Part shown: in pieces, positions 10,185 through 17,349 of the stretch
Position numbering within the stretch: the first letter of the stretch is position 1
Layout of the letters: each line of letters begins with the position of its first letter
NCBI GenBank assembly: GCA_051294375.1
Contig: CM119270.1
Coordinates: 14,413,616-14,430,964, forward strand
DNA length: 17,349 nt
Direction of reading: 5' to 3'
Origin: Paraspadella gotoi
Taxonomy: Eukaryota > Animalia > Chaetognatha
Notes under the pieces: model-generated
Databases searched by the model: none
Seen by the model: only the letters and a program-made list of their open reading frames with translations
Told to the model about the DNA's origin: nothing
Position numbers and translations under genes: made by a program

Positions 10185-10232
10185 CCAATCTGTCATTCAT
10201 CCAATCTGTCACTCACTTAATCTGTCACTCAA
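10185..10232. repeat. 16-bp minisatellite, 3 copies (YYAATCTGTCAYTCAH)
   Basis: ccaatctgtcattcat / ccaatctgtcactcac / ttaatctgtcactcaa, with a partial upstream copy caatctgtc at 10134. Confidence 0.88.
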
Positions 10233-10324
10233 GCGATGCTCCCATTTCGTCATCTCTTCCTTGTTGTCTCCACTTGACGTTTTCTCATTTAGATAAAGAG
10301 CGTTTTTCCGCGGGACAGAGAGAA

Positions 10325-10349
10325 NNNNNNNNNNNNNNNNNNNNNNNNN
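10325..10349. other. Assembly gap (25 N)
   Basis: N run inside a GA tract; the last gap in the window. Confidence 0.99.
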
Positions 10350-10351
10350 AA

Positions 10352-10437
10352 AAGAGGAGAGAGAGAGAGAAGAGAGAGAGAGCAGAGAGAGAGAGAGAGA
10401 GAGAGAGAAGAGAGAGAGAGGAGAGAGTAGAGAGAGA
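10352..10437. repeat. Imperfect (GA)n microsatellite
   Basis: GA repeat with frequent 1-nt indels. Confidence 0.93.
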
Positions 10438-10845
10438 CGAGTTCGCCTTCGGCCGCTCGCCGCAATGGGAGGCACGGAGATCGGCAAGTTTTTTAACCAT
10501 GATGTAATGAAGCCGCACGAGTTGAAAGCGCTAGTATGGCAAATATGGAAATAAATCGAATCACGGCGACGGATGAGCCTTGGCGATGGAGAGGGGGAGG
10601 TGGGGGTGGAGGGGGGTCAAGGGGGGCGTAGAGGTTGGAAGTGTGGTTGAAAGAGATGGGATGGGGTAAGTAGGTAAAAATAAGAAAGCAAATCGTAATC
10701 AAAATAGTGCATAAGGAAAAAAAAACATAAAAAACAACATATTCAACTAAAAATATTTTTTAAAATTATGTGTTCAGTGTCAATTCTGTGAATCGAGGGG
10801 CAGGGACTACGCTATCAGGTTATCCCCCTATGCTCTAACTCGGCC

Positions 10846-10917
10846 CCTCTCTCTCTCTCTCCTCTTCTTCTTGTTCATCTCTCATTACTCGTCGCTACTC
10901 TCTCTCTCTCTCTCTCG

Positions 10918-10950
<33 letters not shown>

Positions 10951-11066
10951 ATCTCTCTCTGCTCTCTCTCTCATCTCTCTCTCTCTCGTCTCTCTCTCTC
11001 TTCTTCTCTCTCTCATCTCTGCCCCCCTCCACTGCCCTCTCTTTTTCTTTTCTTTTTTCCCTCTCT
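10846..11066. repeat. Long imperfect (CT)n / polypyrimidine tract
   Basis: About 220 nt of CT repeat with scattered 1-nt insertions. Confidence 0.93.
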
Positions 11067-11265
11067 CACCCTTTATCGTCGGAATCAAATCGTCGCGCAA
11101 ATTAATGGAACGAAATATAAAAGTGAAAATGGCGGGAGAATCTGGCGTCTTGGCTGTCGCGCGCATCGACCGTGCAAGTCCTGCGGCGCGGAAGCGTGCG
11201 CAGTATGCGCCGCGATATGGCTGGTGGAGATGTGAGCAATACCAGGACGTGGTGATGGAAATGCG

Positions 11266-11362
11266 GAGAGGAGAGAGAGAGAGAGATGAAGAAGCTGAGA
11301 CGAGAGAGAAGAGAGAGAGAGACGAGAGAGAGGAGAGAGAGAGAGGAGAGAGAGAGAAGAGA
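11266..11362. repeat. Imperfect (GA)n microsatellite
   Basis: GA repeat with indels. Confidence 0.92.
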
Positions 11363-11532
11363 ATAAGCTGGCGCTGGGTTGTTCTCTAAAATCCACTGCG
11401 CTCAGAATGACAAACATTTAATGTCTCGATTCTCCGACCGGTCGGAATTGCGAATCGCCGTTGATGATTTTAACCGCGGACCGCACGCGACCGGGAAAAC
11501 GCCGATCAGGAGGTCGCAACGCATTTTTTTGA

Positions 11533-11825
11533 AGGGGGGGGAGGAGGAGGGGGAAGAGGTGGGGGAGAAGAGGAAAATGAGGGGAGATGAAGAGAGGGGA
11601 GAAGAGCGAGGAAGGCAAGGAGGATACGAGAGTGAGGAGAGGGAGAGAGAAGGGAGGGAAGTATAAGGGAGGTAGAAAAGGGGAGAGGAGAAGTGGAGAA
11701 ATGAGAGAGAGGAGAAGGAAAGAGGACGAAGACTGAGAGACTAGCAACTAAACCGCTCCAAAGTGCAGAACGATGATGAAGAGAAATGAAGAAGAAGAAC
11801 GAGGAAGATGTATATGAGAGAGAGA
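11533..11825 (+). repeat. Polypurine (GGA/GAGA) low-complexity tract
   Basis: Nearly all G and A. Confidence 0.85.
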
Positions 11826-13399
11826 TTCTCTGGTGGCGGGGGAACGATGTTAGAATTTTGATTCGGAAGACGTCCTGCGGATCGAATGGTCCCTAATTAA
11901 AGCTAGAGAGGATAGTCGATTTAACAGAGGGAGATAGCAAAGTGAAGAGAGTTAAGGAAAATAAATATAACTCTCCCATAGAGATTTTGGCTTTCATGCA
12001 CGCACTCGCACATTGTAGAGAGAGCATAAGAGGAAGTGTCTGGTTAACGACACAGGGCTGGATGTTTCTCCGACGCTAAATGATGCAGTCGAGTATTTGG
12101 TGTTTTTGTGTTGTGTAACAATTAATTTAACTGTTTTAACTATGACGGCATCGTGCGAACAGGTTTCTTCTTGAAGCTTGAGCTTGCCAATTAGGTGACG
12201 GGGAGGTGCGACGGATGGTAGTGGAGGAGGGTCGTGTCGAGTGGTTATCACTTTGTGCGGTCGCCTGTTTGGGTACATTGAGAGGCTCGGTGTGGGAGCT
12301 TTTTGCTCTCTCTCTCTCTCTCGTCTCTCGATTAGTCCTCGTTGAAAGGTTTTTGCGAGCGACACGTTCACACTAGCCTACTGCTCACGTACGGATCCTC
12401 TGTCTCTCAACTCCTCCATATGTGTTACTGGCGACAGCTCACGGCAATGCGTCCTCCTCCCATCTCTTTGCTCTCTCGGCGATGTGAACCGTCCTGATTC
12501 GGCCGGCGCACGGCGTTCGCAAGGGTGAGCAGGTAGTAATGTCTCCCATTCCCACTTCTCTCGTAAGGCGTCTCTCTTCGGATAGAGCGAACTGAGTACT
12601 GGTGTCGAGACTCTAGCTCTCGGTCCATGTCATGCGCCGTCGCACACTCACGCTGTGGAGTCTCTAGCGAAACGTAAATTCTCTCTGACTTCGGGTATCT
12701 CTCCTCAGAATGTGCTACGTACGTGGGTGAGGGAGTTGAATGAGTCGGGAGTAAGCAGACATGCGGAAGTCCGTGATCAACGTGCTGGCGGGAGGGTGTA
12801 TCATTGTGCTCTATGAGTGTGCGGTATCGCAGGAAGTAGTGAATGGCTCACGCAATATAAGGGAGTATGATTGTCGGTAGGATGAAGTCGGTCCGATCGT
12901 AGAGTAATAAGCGTTCGAGGATGGCTAGAGAATGCGAGGAGTCGGCATAATTGAAGCCAGATTATTAAGTGATGTCGAGGTGGATAGGAACTGATCGATA
13001 CGTGATGACGGAGGCTGCCGCTGGAGAGGATGGCTTTGCCGAGGTGGTGTCATCAGGCGTGGGGTATCGGTCTCTCATCTACGTCAGTGGTCTCAAATCT
13101 CTCGTCTCTCTCTCTCTCTCATGCTCTCTTCTCGCATCGAACAGATAAGAAAAAGTAAGGAATCAGGTCCTTTTTCTCCGGTGAGCTAGATGAGAGCGAG
13201 CGGTTGAGTGAGCTGTGTCCGGCAGGGATGCGAGCCAGATGCGATCTTGCGACCGAGGGTGGGGAAGGAGAAGAGGAGTCGGATGAGGAGAGAGTAGATT
13301 AAGATGATTGAAAATCAGCTTTTTGTTTCATTCAGTGTTATTTTCTTCTTTTTTATTACTTCGTTCTCAGCGAAAAGACGTTTTTTTTTATAAAAACCA

Positions 13400-13840
13400 G
13401 TGCGCGCAAGAGAGACAATTTGCGTTGGGAGAACGTGACGTTACCGCTACGCAAGCTGAGGGGTTTTCCCTTCTTTGCGGACGTCGTGACGCAGGCGGGC
13501 AAAGTCGCAGCGTGCTGGCGGCGGGTCGTGCAGCCCGGGGCGGGGGGCGCGCGCAGGGTGGGCGACGGGAAACGACGAACGCAGCGACGAACGGTAACGA
13601 CGACGACGCGTTGGGAATGCTAAGCGCATAGTGTAAAGGCAAGAGAGCGAGGTGACGCGGAACCAACGTGCAGCTGACAAATAGGACGCTCAGAGAGGAA
13701 GGAATGAGGAATATGGTTTGAATGCGCCAGGGACGAGGAGACAGGTGAAGACGAAGGGGTGGAGATGACAGCGGACGATGACGACCGACGACGGGAATGA
13801 CGACGCGACGAACGACGGCCGATTAGACGTTAAACGCGAA
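13400..13840. other. GC/CpG-rich patch with degenerate (GAC)n and a GC box
   Basis: Dense CG, GGGGCGGGG at 13537-13545, and gacgac words at 13565-13610 and 13770-13820. Confidence 0.6.
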
Positions 13841-13934
13841 CCCTGACTAGAAGGAAAAGGGAGAAACCTGGCGTTAACGTCAGCGAAGACGAGCCAGAGT
13901 TTTTCCTCCCTCTGGAAGTGAGTAAGTTTAGGCG

Positions 13935-13990
13935 GGAGAGAGAGCAGAGAGGTAGAGAAGAGAGTAGAGAAGAGAGAAGAGAGATAGGAG

Positions 13991-14046
<56 letters not shown>
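13935..14046. repeat. Imperfect (GA)n microsatellite
   Basis: GA repeat with indels. Confidence 0.93.
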
Positions 14047-14249
14047 TTCGGTAAGATAGAATCTAAACTGAGGTGTACTCACCTGAGGAATGAAGATTAT
14101 TCTTTTAAGCATTCGATTTATTTTTATTTTTAAAACCATTTTGAAAAGGCCGAGTTTTTTTTTAATTGTATTTACATTAAAAAGCAACATAAAAAGTGTA
14201 AGGCCGGGTCAGAATAGACGGAATTTCTCTCGCGTGCGTAAAAGCCCGG

Positions 14250-14288
14250 GAGAGAAGAATGAGAGAGAGAGAGAAGAGAGATGAGAGG

Positions 14289-14319
<31 letters not shown>

Positions 14320-14370
14320 GAAGAAGAGAGAGGACGAAGAGGACGAGTCAAGAGAGGAAGAGAGGAAGAA
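14250..14370. repeat. Imperfect (GA)n microsatellite
   Basis: GA repeat with indels. Confidence 0.93.
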
Positions 14371-16794
14371 ATATCGACGCTGGTAGTGGAAATAAGCGGG
14401 TCGGGACCATAGCCGCATAATAGGGTCGGCGTCCTCGGGGCGATGCGGTGGCGGGTCGGGTGCCGGGGCCGCGCTGCTTCAGACTAGTGTTGAGACAAGC
14501 ATAACACCAAGAACGAGAACAACAACTAAACGAGCTCTAATAACGGAGATGGGTCGACGGGATGAGTGATGATAGGATGCGACGGGATGGGATGGATGAT
14601 AGACCGAGGTGTGGGATGGACGATGAGTTTGAAAGGACTCAGCGATGGAAAAAGTGTCACTTCGGAGTTTCATGGGACGGATGTTTGGAAGTCCGAAAGG
14701 ATTGTCGAGAAGGCACGCGGATAATGAAGGGTGGGAGGGGTATTGGGGGGGGAGGATTCGGTGAAGATCAGAAGGGGCGGCGGGACGGAGCGTCTACAGG
14801 GTTTTATTGTTTTTGTAGAAAGGGGAAGAAGACAATATGAAGAGCAAGTACTGACTGTTGAAAACGAGAGGTAAAGGCCGGCAAGAAAAAAAGTGACACA
14901 CTGGTCAAATCAAGATGGAGGGAGCCGAAGTTTCAAGCGCGCAGCCCAGAGTAATGTCAACATTCTCAAAGACACGCGCCATTTGAAATTGTTTAATGTC
15001 GCGACGTGCGTAACTTGTGTGTTGTAAAAATAATATTAGCAAAGAATGATGTTGATTGTTATCTTTTCGAACGAATACGTGGTTGAAGGTCAATATCAGC
15101 ACGGTAACAAGGAAAACCCGAGTTTGTTGGGGGGTAGCACAGGATAGCAATTACATTCCGCAGTGTAATTTTACAGAACCAAAGCACAACATAAAAATAA
15201 TCAAATAGAAATGGCAAAGGATAGTGACCGAAAAGAGATTACGGATCGATAATCGTGTTGACTCGATCGCATTCGTGTTCCAAATTTTTTTTTGTGTTCT
15301 CTTTTCTCAATTTTACCGGGGAACGCGTAGCTTTCTCGTTTCTTCTTCTCGCGAATCGAAACGACAGTTCGGCTTGTTACGAGAAAATGCGTTATAGCGA
15401 TATCTCGGCGTGCGCTCCGAAGGTTTGGAGAGGATACAACGGGGTTTTTTTTTCGGGACGCGAGGCGAAGGGTGATTAAATGGGGATGAGGAGTTGAGGT
15501 GTTCGAGGGATGAAAATGGGTTGTTTAAGGTTGGTGACGAGGAGGCGGGTTGGGTTTTACCCTACGGGCCGGTTGAGAGCGGCGTTGAAAGGTGAGATGA
15601 TGAGGAAAAAAATGAGGGATTCTACGGGAAACGATGTGATGGGTTTTAGGTGATCAATGTTGTGGGTTATCTAACGAAGTGAAAGAGGGGATTGGGAAAG
15701 TACGGAAGAGTTGTCGGTGTAGCGCGACAAGACGCCGGGGCGGTAACGGGGCGTCAAGAAAGTTAGGGTGGGGAAAAAGTAAGGAAAATTTTTAGGATTG
15801 AGAGCACACGGCGATGTTAAAGGTTTAATAGCTTCGGGCGATGTTGAGGATTAAGTTGTGACGGTGCAGAGTCCGGGAACGGATTACAAGAAAAAGGGTG
15901 GATCAAGTTAATAGAGGGGGGTGTTTCTGGATACATTGAACGAAACAAAATGAAGTCCGAATGGAAAGACATTTTTTATTTCGTCGGTGGCTAAAAAAAA
16001 CCGTTAAGTTTAAAAAAAAATTATTTGAATAATTTAAAGTTACGAAAACGTTTTTATGAATATGAAATATTTTGGGGCGAAGGGTGTGGTTGGTTGTGTT
16101 AGGTGAAATGGGAATGTAGAGGATTACATTTTGGCTTGAGGAAGATGGGAGGTGGGAGGAATATGAGTTTTTTTTGGGTGGATGAAACGTGAACTGTGGA
16201 ATTTTTTGAGGCGGGGGCTTAATGTGTCGACGTCGAATAAAAACAGAATGAAAAAAGAAAAATTCAAGTTGTTTTGAAAAAGAATGTTCAAAATCAGAGC
16301 TTTTTTTTATATACGCTTTTTAAATTTTACTTGAGTCGAATATATCCTATTATAGTTCTGTATATTGTTTTGAAATTTTTGGCCATTCGAATCATTTTAA
16401 CGTGTTTTTTTTTTCTGTCTTTTTTTTTATTTTTTGTTGTTGTTTTGGAAGGCAAAACACTTATTTCACGGACTCGCACGGTGAGGATTGCATGCAGTTT
16501 TAAATAATACATTGAGCCAAACATTTGATGATAAGTAACCCTCCTAAAACTCATCTACTATAACTACTAACTACTCTATTCTTCCTATATTCTAAACCTG
16601 TTTTAAATAACCTTTATACGAACTTATAATAACTTTTTTTTTTCCGTTTGTTTACTTCAATTGGTTTGAGTGGATTATTTAATTGGCCTTAATTATTAAC
16701 CGGTTTAAACATTAACGTATATGACGGTATTAATAACCAGTCTGTATTGTGAGACACATAAAAGAGAGACTATACATGTTCTTTGTTATATAGT

Positions 16795-16900
16795 TATTTT
16801 TTTCTTATTTTTTTTTTTTGTTATTTTTTGTATTGTTTTCGTTTTTTTTTGTTTTTTCTTCTTTCCTCTGTTTTCTTATTTTAAAATTTTGTTTTTTAAA
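16795..16900 (+). repeat. T-rich low-complexity tract
   Basis: Long T runs. It explains the poly-Phe and poly-Lys ORFs here. Confidence 0.85.
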
Positions 16901-16961
16901 AATTCTATGATGTTTTATCGATGCGCATGTCAAAATGAGAATTCTTGTTCTCTCATTACGA

Positions 16962-17055
16962 CGAGAGAGCAGAAGGAGAGAAGAGATGAAGAGAGAAGAG
17001 AGAAGAGAGAAGAGAGAAGAGAGAGAGAGAGTAGACGAGAGGAGAGAGGAGGAGA
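16962..17055. repeat. Imperfect (GA)n microsatellite
   Basis: GA repeat with indels. Confidence 0.92.
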
Positions 17056-17162
17056 TTATTGGCTGAAGCTTCGGATTGCATAAATTCAAAATGCGGGTTG
17101 AAAAACAAGAATTCGAGGCTAAATAATAAGTAAACCAATAGTTTAATTGCCTCTTGATTCAC

Positions 17163-17349
17163 CTGGCTGCAAATCGAAGAGAATCCCGCAGCCGCCGCAT
17201 CAAACGGTATCGCGCCTCGACGAATGTCTCGTAACGTCGTTCGTCGGCCGTCCACCGGAGCAGCGGCGCGCGGCTGCCGACCGACTCGCTTCTCCTTCCG
17301 GGCTTCTTGCGCTCGGATCAGGGAGATTTTCTCTCTCTCAATGGTGAGT
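17163..17349 (+). other. CpG-rich patch ending in ATG followed by GTGAGT (possible first exon with splice donor)
   Basis: GC/CpG-rich at 17163-17320, ATG at 17341-17343, canonical donor hexamer GTGAGT at 17344-17349. The window ends there. Confidence 0.2.

Noticed and set aside
6989-10232. Short direct repeats (9-mer, 16-mer) as a possible CRISPR array
   Set aside because: The units are directly adjacent with no unique spacers, are too short, have no cas genes nearby, and the context is eukaryotic.
2172-10849. Small hairpins such as TGTGAC-aatca-GTCACA (about 2172-2188) and GAGGGGC...GCCCCTC (10795-10849)
   Set aside because: Stems of 6-7 bp are expected by chance, with no U tail or target-site duplication to support a terminator or MITE.
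2828-14085. Isolated consensus splice donors (about 2829, 6054, 7227, 7496 and 10666 on +; CAG|GTGAGT at 14077-14085 on -)
   Set aside because: No matching acceptor and open coding frame could be paired with them by eye, and such hexamers are frequent by chance.
61-17347. All ORFs in the supplied six-frame track
   Set aside because: They are short, run through N gaps, or translate simple repeats (ER/RE, SL/LS, poly-F/K/P/S/H). None has a recognisable domain.
1-17349. A previously undescribed multi-component biological system
   Set aside because: No genes or organised repeat-gene architecture are visible. Assembly gaps and apparent read errors explain most of the oddities.

Overview
This window is non-coding, microsatellite-saturated eukaryotic DNA from a draft-quality assembly. 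I find no supportable protein-coding gene, RNA gene, intact transposon, CRISPR array or novel biological system. The listed ORFs are short or are products of N gaps and simple repeats (poly-ER/SL/K/F). What the sequence shows directly: nine N gaps (about 1.78 kb in total, all within 836-10349, most abutting GA/CT repeats); many (GA)n/(CT)n and trinucleotide microsatellites; long polypurine tracts; three small tandem repeats (103, 16 and 9 bp units); and several CpG-rich patches. After about 10.35 kb there are no gaps, but the GA tracts become indel-riddled, which suggests unpolished long-read sequence. The repeat density would fit an SSR-rich animal genome such as a decapod crustacean, but that is inference only. 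A few low-confidence leads are listed as findings: a tRNA-like relic, a P-loop-like micro-ORF, an HTH-like frame, a promoter-motif cluster, G-quadruplexes and a possible first exon at the window end.
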